Positions 1-12,062 of a stretch of DNA of 64,000 nt are shown piece by piece. This DNA comes from Carcharhinus amblyrhynchos. Lineage: Eukaryota. How positions within the stretch are numbered: position 1 is the stretch's first letter; the number at the start of each line of letters is the position of its first letter. The notes beneath the pieces are model-generated. The model was not told the DNA's origin. It saw only the letters and a program-made list of their open reading frames with translations, and did no database searches. The position numbers and the translations under genes were made by a program. The stretch is taken from NCBI GenBank assembly GCA_965287045.1, contig OZ336901.1, positions 20,894,001 to 20,958,000 of the forward strand, read 5' to 3'.

Positions 1-1839
1 CAGAAATGCTGGAAAAACGAGAGAGAAACAGAGAGGGCCTTCCCAAAAATGCACGGCATATTGGCTCAGGCGAGAAAACTGGTGTGAAGCTCGCAGGCTT
101 CACAGCTGGCTTTTCTCGCCATATTAAACAGAACTTTGTGCATTTTGAAAGAGATTACTGTCACTGGAGGGGCAAGACCTTGCTGGGTGTGAACCTGGTC
201 ACAATACAGTCGGAGATCACAAACTGAGATGTCACTGGTGCAAACCCCGTTTTGACTTTCTCGTGAGATTAATGGCCATTACAGATTTGTGCCTGCGGCG
301 GTCATGGCTGGAGTGAAGAAGTCCGTATGACTCTACTTTTAGAGTTAGAGGAGAAATGTGATGGATTTTAGGCTGTTTTAAGAGGGGTTGTAGCAGATGA
401 AGCAACATGGAAAGTCAATGATAGGTGGGAACTGAGGAGAGGTTTGACAAAGATGTCACGGGCACAACACAAGGAGAGTGTTAATGGCTATGTTAGCGAC
501 TAAAGAAGGTGGCATAAAGGTATGGTAATAATATTTTTGAGCTTTTATCTGTGCTGCCAAGTCTGTTAGCACATATAGAAATTTTTCCCTCCCCATTCAT
601 AAACTGATGTACTTTGACCTATTTAATTAGGAAAGCACATCTGCATTCAGTAACAGTATTTGCTCAGTCACCTTTTTCTTGAAAACGCCCTGCTTCAAAA
701 TGCTGTCATCCAGTCATTGTAATTAAGAATTTAAAAATTTTGTCATCACATATTTTGGGATTGATTCATCTCCCCCTTTCTGCTAAAGATGTTTGTGTTA
801 GTTTTATGTGCTGGTTGTTGTATAACACCAAAAGTAACCATTTATTCATGGATTAGCCTAGCAAGTGAAGGCCAAAAGGTGAATGAAGGACGCCCCAACT
901 AAGCTGGATCCTATCGTCAACCCAAGTCCACTTTTCAGTAGCAATCTGGACTTTGAGAGCTGGAATTCTGGCTCTTTTCCTTCCCCCATGTTGAGGTTTG
1001 TGAAGCACCTGATATCTCAAAATAGAATTTGAACCGGGATTTTTGCTCTCTGGCAGTGGTTTTACTTAGAATGAAATAGATATTACAACATGGAATGAAA
1101 CTATGAATCCCCACCGCCTCCAATCAGCCCATGTTGGTATTTATTTTCCATGTGAGCAGCCCATGTGTCACCCATCCCTTTATTCCTGCTTAGTTTAACC
1201 ACCTACCTGACTTATTAAATATTGATTGTCTCTGTTTCAATCACTATCCTGACTAATTTCACAGCCTCTCAGCAGTCTTTAGGTACAACCTCTCCCTTTT
1301 GTCCTGGAACGCTCTATCACAGAGATGCTCCATCAGTTCACAATTTCAAAACAGTTCTATCAAATCACTCCTTCATCCCTTCTATTTGATCAAAACAGCT
1401 CCAAACTTTCCAGTCGTTTGTATTTGCAGTTCTTTTATATCTGGTATCATCCTGGTGAATCAGTGCTATATCCTCACATCTTTCCTACATTGTGAGGCCT
1501 GAAAATGCATGTAGCCTCTAACTGCATGCACTTGTATTTTGAACATTTCTCATTAGAAAACCCTTTATTTGATTTTTTTAATGATCTTGTCCACTTGCTT
1601 TTAATGCCCACTACACATTACCATCCCCCATTCAAAATATAATTAATTTAGTTTTTTACTTGTTCTCCACCAAAATGTTCCACCTCTTGTTTGCTGATGT
1701 TTGCTATTATCTTTCTGCCCAATAACAATCTCTGTATCCACTTTGAGTTCTCAGAATGATTATATGGCAAATTTGGATATTAGACCTTGATGTTTCTAGT
1801 AGGCCAGTGCAGGTCTCCAAAGAAGTGGTTGAAATAAAC

Positions 1840-2025
1840 TGGCAGTATCAAAGCAACAAGTACTCAGCAGGTCTGGCAACATCTGTGGAGAGAGAAACAG
1901 AAATAACATGTCAGGTCAACATCCTTTCAGCAGAACTAGAAAATGTTAAAAAGGTAACAGATTTTAAACAAGCAGAGGCAGGGAAAGGATGGAGAAGGGG
2001 AAAGAATATGAGAAATCAATTAACT
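1840..2025 (-). mobile_element. Penelope-like short terminal relic (other copies near 11085-11200, 36140-36350, 36715-36830, 44460-44525)
   Basis: tactcagcaggtctggcaacatctgtggagagagaaacaga...tcaggtcaac...ctttcagcagaact is repeated across the window in both orientations. Confidence 0.6.
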
Positions 2026-2359
2026 GTTTCTTGTGTTTAACCATAATGAGCAGGACCACTTAGTGGGACAGTAGTCGGAGTATCTCTTGTTGAAAATATA
2101 TCCTTCAGTTATCACTCTGTTCCATTATGAGTTGAAATGAAATGAAAATCATTTTGGGCTGTATTGTGGCAAGGGCTTGCTACTTAAATGGATTAATGGA
2201 AGAAAATTGATTTTTTTTTAAGCTGAGGTTTTTTTTGACACTCAAAACAGTTCAACTGTTGCAAGTTATTTAATTGAATATATATTTAACTTTCAATAGC
2301 CTTGTGAATGTAGAGCTCATCAATTTTGTACCGGAGAAGGGAGATGTGTTTAGAAGATT

Positions 2360-2845
2360 AGTTTATTCATTCAAGGGATGTAGACGTTGGTGGCTAGTCC
2401 AACATTTGTTGCCCATCCCTAAATGCCCTTAAGCTAAGTGGCTTGCTACGCCATTTCAGAGGGCATTTTAAGAGTCAACTACATGTAGACCACACTGGGT
2501 AAAAATGGCCGATTTCTTTCCATTAAGAACATTAGTATGCTTCATTGTCCGAAGATGTGTACGTTGGGGTGGATTAGCCATGGTAAATGTACAGGGTTAT
2601 AGGGATAGGGCAGGGGGAGGGCCTGGGTGGGATGCTCTTCTGGAGAGTTGGTGCAGACTTGATGGGCCTGGATGTCCTGTGAATCAGATGAGGTGTTTTT
2701 TTTTTAACAATAGTTTCATAGTCATCATTAGACTTTTAATTCTAGTTATTTTTAATTTAATTCAAATTTCACTATTTGCTGTGGTGGGATTTGATCTAGG
2801 ATCCCCAGAGCATTACCTTATGTCTCTGGATTGCTACTCTATGCT
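2360..2845 (-). mobile_element. Second tRNA-head SINE family, interrupted by an HE1 fragment (about 2540-2675, +)
   Basis: gcccatccctaaatgccctt...ccatttcagagggca...ggtgggatttga...cagagcattacc; siblings at 3150-3282, 5665-6223, 29843-30010 and 43344-43520. Confidence 0.75.
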
Positions 2846-3799
2846 ATTGGAGTTAGAAAATTAACCCCAAAACATTAAGGACATGATTAACAAAGTTGCA
2901 TTTCCAAAAAGTTCAACTGTACACAATTAGTTTGCTTTAGGATGCTGTTAAAATCACTAACTTCTCCAAGCCAGCTATCCTAAAATGGCATCAATAAATG
3001 TGCAATAAGTAAAGATATCAACAAAATCAGTAGAAAGCATTAGATTATTTAGCACATTAGTATTAACATTTTTAGGAAGTCAGATATGCTTTAATGAGGC
3101 ATAAAACTTATTCACATTCCATCCATTACAAATAGTTTCATAGGCAGATTTGCCTTTTTTGTTCCAGATTTTTTTTCAATTCAAATTCCACCATCTGCAT
3201 GGTGGGATTTGAGCTAGGGTCCCTAGAGCATTACCCTGCATTCTGAATTGTTAATCCAGTGACAGTACCACTATACTACTGCTTTGAAATATAGATTGAT
3301 GGACAATTTTATTCCTGTATAACCATTGTTGCTGCATCAAAATGATAATTTTAGTTAGCATAAGATTAAATTTAACTGTTTTCCTTTGCTTCCCTCTCCT
3401 CATTTTTGTTACACTTCCTACATTAAACAATGAATGCATTTCTAAAAGTATTTAATTGTATGTAGTGTGCTTTTGGATGTCCTGAGGTTGTATAAGGTGC
3501 TGTAGAAATGCATGTATTTTTCAATTCAACAGAAGATAGGAAAATTGGATAGCAGTCAGTCTTTTCAGCGAAAAAAAAGCCCTGTATTGAAATACATCTA
3601 TTGTCAATCTTGGCCATAAAATTTAAGGGGCCAACGAGATGGCGTAGGTTTTGTACATGAGTAATCTTTCTTAGGGTACCCCTACAGCTGTGTCATTTTG
3701 CCAAAGATGGTAGACCTACTGACAGTACCTTTGTATATATTGTGTAGAATCCTTAGGTTGCTGTTTCAATTCCACTTGAAGGAAGACCAATATCTTCTT

Positions 3800-4117
3800 G
3801 GGGCTGCATAGTGGTTAGCACTGTTACCTCACAGCTCCAGGGACCTGGTTTCGATTCCTGGCTTGGGTCACTGCTGAGGCTGCATGTTCTCCCAGTGTCA
3901 GCGGGGCTTTCCTCCGGGTGTTGCAGTTTCGTCCCATAGGCCAAAGATATGCAGGTTAGATTGATTGGCCATGCTAAATTGCCCCTTACTGTCCCAGGGT
4001 GTGTAGGTTAGAGGAATTAGCGGGGTAAATGTGTGGGATTGTGGCGTTAGGGCCTGGGATGGGATTATGGTTGGTGCAGACTCAATGTAGGGATTTTAGG
4101 ATTCTGTTCTATTCTAT
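3800..4117 (+). mobile_element. HE1-type tRNA-derived V-SINE
   Basis: A/B-box head gtggttagcactg...ggtttcgattcc, core caaagatatgcaggttagattgattggccatgctaaattg. Confidence 0.85.
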
Positions 4118-4261
4118 GAAACTGGCTGTTCTAGGCTTGCAATCTGAAAAATACTTTTTGTAACACAGTCTACAACTGTACCTTTCCTTACCATCCATAT
4201 TTGTAGAACATTGTTATATTGAATTACCTTTTGCATTTTCTTGTCTGAAGATCTCAGCAGT

Positions 4262-5512
4262 CCCTTTTTAGATGAGGGAAGCAAAGGCATGGCAGCTAAA
4301 TTTGCAGGCAACACAAAGTAAGGAAGTATGCTGTGAAGAAGATATATGGAGTCTGCAGGTGGATATACATAAGTTGAGTGAGTGGGCAAAAATGTGGCAG
4401 ATGGAATATGATGTGGCAAAACATGAAGTTGTTCAGTTTGGCAGGAAGAATAAAAAAGCGGAGTATTACCTAAATAGAAAATGAATGCAGAATGCTGAGG
4501 TGCAGGGATATTTAGGAGTTCTAGTGCATGCGTCACAAAGGTCAGCATGCAATCAAAAAGGCTAATGGAATGCTATCCTTCATTACAAAAGGAATTGAAC
4601 ATAAAAGTAAGGATGTTATGCCTCAGTTATACAGGATATTGGTGAGGCCACATCTCAAATATTGTGTGCATTTTAGTCTCCTTATTTAAAGCAGGATGTT
4701 GGGAGGCAGTCCAGAAGAGGTTTACTGGAGAGATACCTGGAATGAGTGGCTTGTCTTATGAAGAAAGGTTGGACAGGCTGGGCTTGTTTCCACTGGAAGA
4801 GTGAGGGGGTGATCTGATTTAAGTATACAAGATCCTGAACGGTATTAGGCAGCTGGGCAGTATGGTGGTTAGTGGTTAGCACTGCTGCCTCATAGTGCCA
4901 GGGACCCGGGTTCGATTCTGGCTTCGGGTCACTGCCTGTGTAGAGTTTGCATGTTCTCCCCGTGTCTGCATGGGTTTCCTCCGGATGCTGCGGTTTCCTT
5001 CCACAGTCCAAAGATGTGCGGGTTAGGTGCATTGGCCATGCTAAATTGACCCTTAATGTCAGGAGGATTGGTTGGGTAAATTGTGGGGTTACAGGATAGG
5101 GTCTGGGTGGGATTGTGGTCGGTACAGACTTGATGGGTTGAAAGGCCTCCTTCTGTACTGCAGGGGTTCTATGAGTATTGACAAGATCCTGAAAGTATTG
5201 ACAAGATGGATGTGGAAAGGATGTTTCCTCTTATGGGTGAGTCCAGAACTAAAGGACACTGTTTTAAAAGTGGGTATACCCCTTTTAGGGCAGAGGTGAG
5301 TAATTTTTTCTGAAGACCTGTGATTTTGGAACTCTCTGCCACAGAAAACAGTGGAGGCTGGGGTCACTGAATATTTTTAAGGCAGTGGTGGATGGATTCC
5401 TGTTAGGAAATATTATCGGGAATGGAATAGCAACGTGAAAGTCAACATAAGACTGATTGATCACATTGAATGAGGAACCAAATAACCTATTTCTCCTCCT
5501 ATGTAGCATGTT
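4262..5512 (+). mobile_element. Older decayed CR1 3' fragment split by a SINE
   Basis: LQVDIHKLSEWAKMWQMEY...FGRKNKKAEYYL RT C-terminal motifs; CR1 tail cctatttctcctcctatgt. Confidence 0.85.
4855..5173 (+). mobile_element. HE1-type SINE inserted in a CR1
   Basis: Full head, core and tail (ggcctccttctgtactgcaggggttctatga). Confidence 0.9.
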
Positions 5513-5664
5513 TGTATACTTTTAAAAAAGAAAAGGAGGATGCAGAAAATGCAAGTTGAGCTATTTCCATTTTCAGGATGCATTGTAACTGCTTTTTAAA
5601 TGAATTTCCAGCTCAATAGCTGTACCCTCTCCCCTCTTAATTGTTGGCATTTTCTTAATGTAAT

Positions 5665-6223
5665 TAACTTTTTAATTTGTTTATGGGATGTGGGCATTGC
5701 CAGCTGGGCCAGCATGTATTGCCCATCCCTAATTGCCCTTAAACTTAGCGGCTTACTAGGCCATTTCAGAGAGCAGTTAAGAGTCAATCACATTGGTGTG
5801 AGTCTGAAGTCTCATGTAGGCCATTTAAGGATGGCAGAATTCCTTTCCTAAAGAACATTAGTGAACCAGATGGTTTTTTAACAACAATAAAAAATGGTTT
5901 CATGGTTATCTTTAGACTTTTAATTACAGATTTTATTGAATTCAAATTTCACTCTGAACTACCCTGGGTCTCTGGATTACGGGAATTGGGAGAATCCAGA
6001 CCTAGCTGAATCGAACCAACTTGGGATTTGCTACTGATTTTCAACTCATTTACAAACCTAACATTTTAATTTGCTATCTAATCATCTTGTACTTTTATAT
6101 CTTCAAATTAATAAGACATAATAGTGTATAAAGTCACTAATATTAGAAGTAAATAAGTTGTGACATTTGTATCCAAATCATTGACGCTTTTTGTTATCAA
6201 TACCACTATACCATTGCCTCCCC
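5665..6223 (-). mobile_element. Second-family SINE carrying a 217-bp templated insertion in its head
   Basis: The SINE runs to gggtctctggattac (5980) and resumes as aataccactataccattgcctccc (6199-6222). Confidence 0.8.
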
Positions 6224-6456
6224 TGAACGGTAATAAGCCGATAACAAAAAGTGTCAATGATTTGGATACAAATGTTACAACTTATTTATTTCTGATATTA
6301 ATGACTTTATACACTGTTATGTCTTATTAATTTGCAGAGATAAAAGTACAAGATGATTAGATAGCAAATTAAAATGTTAGGTTTGTAAATGAGTTGAAAA
6401 TCAGCAGCAAATCCCAAGTCAGTAGGATTTAGCTAGGTCTAGATTCTCCCAATTCC
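5982..6456. repeat. Inverted repeat: 217-bp arms (5982-6198 and 6240-6456), 41-bp spacer
   Basis: Arms align without gaps with about 15 mismatches by hand count (about 93% identity). Confidence 0.95.
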
Positions 6457-7297
6457 AGTTCAAGATTCCTGGGGCTGTGTGATGGTTCACATTTGAATCA
6501 GTCCCATTCAGAACCGGAGTTCATCGGATGGTGAGCAAATGAATGAATCAAAGAGGAAAAGATCAACTCATGTTGCTGAAGACTGGCCTAACGTAGAGGG
6601 CCATGCAGTTGCTTCCTGTAGAGTCACTGTTGTTGAAGTGATTTCTCATTGTTTGTTGAAAGGAAGTATGTGGGGTGGTGGTGAAGTAGTTGGGCTTGGG
6701 GGTGGGGTGGTGGTGTGGGGAAGCAGTTACTATATTTGGCAACTGTGGCAGGCAGGCTGGCCCAGTGGCGACAATCTATATCACATTTTCCCAGTTGACA
6801 CTCCAATGTAATAATAGAAACCAGTTCCTTTTAGGAATCTTTTTGTTATCAGTTGAAACTAGTCTCTTGGCATGTTATTCTGCAGTCTGCTAGGGAAGGA
6901 TCAGTCCATTTACATCCTCCTTTTTGGAAGCCATAATGAATCTCCATCTTTCGAAACAATTTGTACACAAGTTCAAGTGGCTATTTAGATGTGTCTGATC
7001 TAATGAAGATTAAAATTTGATGACTGTTTGCAGCCAGACGCAATGTCCCATTATGTTTCATTGAGATTTTACAACAATAACTTGCATTTATGTAATGCCT
7101 TTTAACATAGTAAAATGTTTCTAGGTGCTTCATAGGAGCAAGTTGTCAAACAAAATTTGATGCTAAGTCAGAAAAGGAGATATTGGAACAGATGACCAAA
7201 AAGCTTAATCAAAGACAGAGATTTTAAAAGGCAGCTTAAAAGAGGGATAAGAGATTTTAGAAGGAAAATACAACGGTAATGAATTAGAATAGAAGGG

Positions 7298-7932
7298 TAA
7301 TAGAATCCCTATAGTGCAGAAGAAGGCCATTTGGCCCATCGAGCCTGCTGTGATCACAATCCCACCCAGACCTATCCCCATAGGGGCAGCATGGTGGCAC
7401 AGTGGTTAGCACTGCTGCCTCACAGCACCACGGATCTGGGTTCAATTCTCAGCTTGGGTCACCGTCTGTGTGGACTTAGAACATTGTACATTCTATCTGT
7501 GCCTGCGTGGGTTTCTTCTGGGCGCTCCGATTTCCTCCCATAGTCCAAAGATATGCGGGTTAGGTGATTGGCCTTGCTAAATTGACCCTAATGTCAGGGG
7601 GATTAGCAAGGTAAATCTGTGAGGTTACAGGAATAAGGCCTGGGTGGGACTGTGGTTGGTGCACCGACCCTGTGGTGGGCCGAATGACCTTCGTCTGTAC
7701 TGGAGGATTCCACAACCCCACTATTAACCCCTTGACACAAAGGGACAATTTATCATGGCCAATCAACCTTGCACATCTTTGGACTGTGGGAGGAAGCCAG
7801 AGCACCTGGAGGAAACGCACACAGACGTGTGGAGAATATGCAACCAGCACACAGACAGTGATTCGTGGCTGGAATTGAACCCGGGTCCCTGGTGTTGTGA
7901 GGCAGCTGTGCGAACCACTGTCACTGTACTGC
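7298..7932. mobile_element. Nested HE1 SINEs: a + copy (7383-7710) inside a - copy (7298-7382 and 7711-7932)
   Basis: The minus-strand SINE breaks at ctatccccata and resumes at ccacaaccccac. Confidence 0.88.
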
Positions 7933-8969
7933 CCCTGGTCTCAGCAACTGCAGGCATGACTCAATTGAGTGATTGAAACCAGGGAATTGGGGATGGGTAA
8001 GAGCACAGATCTTGCGAAGGATATTGGGCTGGGGAAGCTTACAGAGATAGGGAGGGTAGAGATGATGGATGAATATTAAAACCAGGATGAGAATTTTAAA
8101 GTTGAGGCATTGGTGCATATAGTAGAAAGTAACATAAAGAACTTAATTTTATGGACAATGCATTTTTCCTCCTTTTCCTCATTTTTCGAAATTGCTGAGA
8201 TTTGCGTTTTGGGATATGGTTCCATGATTGCGGATATCAATTTCGTACTTCACACAGAAGACTATGCTTTATGTGTGAAATGTTATAATTGTCTGTTCTG
8301 TTGCACTCGTATCAACAGCCAAACTACTGCTTCACACTCCTTCATGTGTAACCAGTCTTTCAAATCTGCTTGGCTTTTCTTGCCCACTTTTGTTATTATA
8401 GTTTCCCATGCCCCGAATAGAGTATTAACTTAAGTTTATTTGTTTTCTGATACCTTTTGATTTCATTTCACACTTTTAAAATTTCTGTTAAATGTTAAAC
8501 CTGATCATGGCACATGGCTGTGGTACCATCCTCCCCTGTTGTTGGTTGCTTGTTGATGTTTGATGTCTAATGTCAAGTTTCACATGTGGCCACTTGGTAG
8601 AACAACTATCACTCTCAGATCTTTAACCCAATGTAGGAGGTGAATGAAGAGAAAAGGGAGGTTATGGGGCAGAGAAATGATAAAAACTGGTGGGCAACTT
8701 CTGTTTTGTATTGGGACATGGGATGACAGAAAAATTCAGCCAGAGTTCTCAGTTACAGTCATTATCCATTGATTCCTTGTGCAAAGTTCACTTATCAAAC
8801 ACCAGCGAGAGCAGGATTAGGCTTCATTGCATAGTGATACAGTTGAATTGCTGTCTTCCCTGCTGATTGGAAGAATAATTTGTTTGGTGATCTGCAAGAA
8901 GGTTGCTGGTGCCGTGACTTTGTGTCCCCAGATGACTTAACAGTTTTGAGAGGTGGAAAGTTTTTAACA

Positions 8970-9240
8970 TTTAAAAAGTTTATGTGTTAGTGTCCCAAGT
9001 AGGCTTACATTAACACTGCAATGAAGTTGCTGTGAAAATCCCCAAATCATTGTACTCCAGCACCTGTTCAGGTACACTGAGGGAGAATTTAGCATGACCA
9101 ATTCACCTAATCAGCACTTCTTTCAGACTGTGAGAGGAAACTTGACCACCCAGAGGAAACCCACGCAGACATGGGAAGAACATGCAAACTCCACACAGAC
9201 AGTGACCCAAGTGAGGCAGCAGTGCTAACCACTGTGCCAT
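8970..9240 (-). mobile_element. HE1-head SINE with alternative tail B
   Basis: caagtaggcttacattaacactgcaatgaagtt tail plus gaggcagcagtgctaaccactgtgcc head. Confidence 0.85.
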
Positions 9241-10516
9241 GGGAGTGAAACCCAGTTAAACAAAATCATCTTCACTCTGATCTGGTCAAATTTTGCATTT
9301 TTATTAGTGTCGAAAATTATGACCATTATGAAAATTAGGAACACAAGACAACAGACTCATTTGCTTGTATTCTCATTTTAGAACCTAAGAATGTCGCACA
9401 AAAGGCTAAAATTATTTGGGTGGATATTATGTAACAAGAGTGTCCACTAATCTAGTGAATCAATGTCTGAGCCGAGTGCTACTTTTATTATTCCAAGGTT
9501 GTATGTTGCTCAGTTTCTCTCTTCAGTTTTGAATGTATTTTGTCGTTTTGCCTGGGCTTTTAGATGTAGTTGGTAGATGGGATAGATAGAGCATTTTCAT
9601 TTTGAAGAACGAAAATTTGACATAGTCCAGCTCATTGTGCTGCATTTGTGCTTTGATGACGTGGTTCACAGGCCAAACTTTGCAGTATTCTGGGAGAAAA
9701 AGAACTGCCTGTTGCGGAACAGCCAGCAAGGGGAGGGGAAAATTGAATCAAAAAAGCCTTTGTGTGTGAAAACAGTATACTACTTAGAAAACTACTGTAC
9801 CGTAAATGGATCTGTTGCACTTGTGAAGAAGACTGTTTATAACCTACATGAACCAAGATCTTTCTTACTGATTCATTGACAAACCATGTGCAGTTTTCCT
9901 TGCCTAATTGTCTGTGTATGTGCAACAAGAATAAGAGAAACTGAAATTTTGTCAAGTGTTGCAGCAGTGCAAATATTTGATCTGGCTAGGAAAGGGTTTC
10001 TAGCTCTTCTGTTGATAACAATAGAGGGCCTGGTTGGTATGTTCTTACTTGGGTGGATTTTTTTTAACTGTTGATTTTGCTAATGTGCCTGACTAATCCT
10101 GTTGTCATTGCATGATTGCATTTTAGTGTGTAGTTCTATCCAGTGTTATTTATCTAAGCTTTGTGATAGCGTTGGCTACACTCTGGGAAATGGAGCCGAG
10201 ATCTTGCCAAATAAGACCATAGTGTACAAGGAGGAAATGATGATTGATGTGACTTGCTTCACCATTCCAGCAGGATTTGTGGAGCACGACAAATGGTATG
10301 TGGGTGTAGCATTGAGCAGTAGGCTCATCCCTCAGACTGAAGTGCCAGCCCCTTTCACTAATTTGTGATATTAATGCTTAACCTCTTTGGTATAGGTTTT
10401 AAAATAAACTCTGCTGAAAGAAAAAAGATGGAAGTTTCATCAGCATCACGAATGCTATAAGATGCATTGGACCCCTTTCAACACAGTGTCTTAGTTTTAA
10501 AGTGTATTAATGTAAT

Positions 10517-10790
10517 GGGGCGGCACCAGTGGCACTGCTGCCTCAGTACCAGGGACCTGGGTTCAATTCCCAGCTTGGGTCACTGTTTGTGTGGAGTTTG
10601 CACATTCTCCCTGTCTTGTGTGGGTTTTCTCCAGGTGCTCCGGTTTCCTCCCACATTCTGAAAGATGTACTGATTAGGTGCATTGACCTGAACAGGCGCT
10701 GGACTGTGGCGACTAGAGGAATTTCGCAGTAACTTCATTGCAGTGTTAATGTAAACCTTCCTTGTGACTAATAAATAAACTTTAACTTTT
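10517..10790 (+). mobile_element. HE1-head SINE with alternative tail B
   Basis: Head plus gtggcgactagaggaatttcgcagtaacttcattgcagtgttaatgtaa...aataaataaacttt. Confidence 0.85.
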
Positions 10791-11457
10791 ATCTTAAAGA
10801 CCAAATTAACTACACACCCAAGCTGATTGACATAGGGATTGCCTGTTCATTGAATGCAGCACAGTTATCCTGGAGCCACAAATAGTGATTGTAATTATGA
10901 TCTGACAACAGAGCGTAGGATGGCAACTGGTTTATGTAACATATTGGCGGCTTGTATTTTGTTTGCATTGACCTGGTGTTTGTGAGCATGCATTAATATT
11001 ACTGTGCACTGAAAGTGAGAAAAATTATGGGAGTTTCAGCAGTATGTGGAAGTTGCAAGGTCTGCATGGGCCTGTATAATGTCTGGTTCTGATGGAAAGC
11101 CGTGGACCTGAAATATTTGTTCCTGTCTTTACAGCCTGACCTGCTGAGCATTTCCAGCATTTTCTGTTTCATTTCAAATTTCCAGAACATTGTTACAGTG
11201 CTTTGCCTGAGAATATTTTATCTTTGTTTTTGTTTGAACTAGTGAGCTGACACATGCAGTTGTTGGTGAGCATTGGTGAGACCAGTGCGAGCATGTGCAA
11301 TTTTACTGCCATGGATGAGAGTGACATGAATGTTGGTGGTGTAACTAATGTTAGTTAATTCCACACTGCTCAGTACAATTACTAGTGTGAAACAGGTTAG
11401 CCAGAGATTTCCTCCTGCAGGTGATGAATTATAGCATTAAAATTTGTGTTAGGTTTT

Positions 11458-11625
11458 TCATGTCGTTCTCCTTGGTGAATACTGACACAAAGTGCTGATT
11501 AAGGATTTCACCCACTTCCTGTGGTTCCATGCATAACGTCCCTTTGTTGTTCTTAAGTGGCCGATTCTTTCTCTTGCTACTGTCTTGCTCTGAATATATG
11601 CATAAAGATCTTCTGGCCTCTGATT
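11458..11625 (-). mobile_element. CR1 ORF2 internal fragment
   Basis: LYAYIQSKTVARERIGHL resembles FYKYIKRKRLARVNVGPL in the intact ORF2. Confidence 0.75.
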
Positions 11626-11734
11626 TTTGGGTAAACGTTCTCCAAGGCAGCCTTCATGACACATGACAGTGCAGTGTCGCTGAGCAGAGACTGATAGCCA
11701 AGTTTCGCACACGTGAGGATGGCCTCAACCGGGA

Positions 11735-12062
11735 TCTTGGGTTCATGTCACACTATTTGTAATCCCCATGACTTGCCTGGGCTTGCAACATCTCACTTAC
11801 TGTCCTGTCTGGAGACAATACACATCTCTTTAACCTATGCTTAATGCTATCTTCACTCACATTGTCTGCACCTTTAAGAATTGATTAGCTGTAAAGACTC
11901 GCATTCTAATCAGTATTCTGTAAACTGTGTGTGCCTTTATATGCTCTGTTTGAGACCAGAACTCTCCACTCACCTGACGAAGGAGCAAACCCCAAAAGCT
12001 TGTGGGTTTACTATCAAATAAACTTTTTGGACTTTAACCTGGTGTTGTGAGATTTCTTACTG
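11735..12062 (+). mobile_element. Penelope-like element terminal (pLTR) fragment
   Basis: cacctgacgaaggagc...caaaagct...aaataaac...ttggactttaacctggtgttgtgagatttcttact; second copy at 15770-15872. Confidence 0.7.

Noticed and set aside
5982-6456. MITE or miRNA-precursor reading of the long inverted repeat
   Set aside because: The spacer is the displaced SINE head, there is no TSD, and the arms are far longer than a pre-miRNA.
6669-6720. G-rich patch as a functional G-quadruplex
   Set aside because: Low-complexity tract with no supporting context.
9523-10368. Cluster of short ORFs in unique sequence
   Set aside because: No recognisable homology, consistent splice structure or coding signal.
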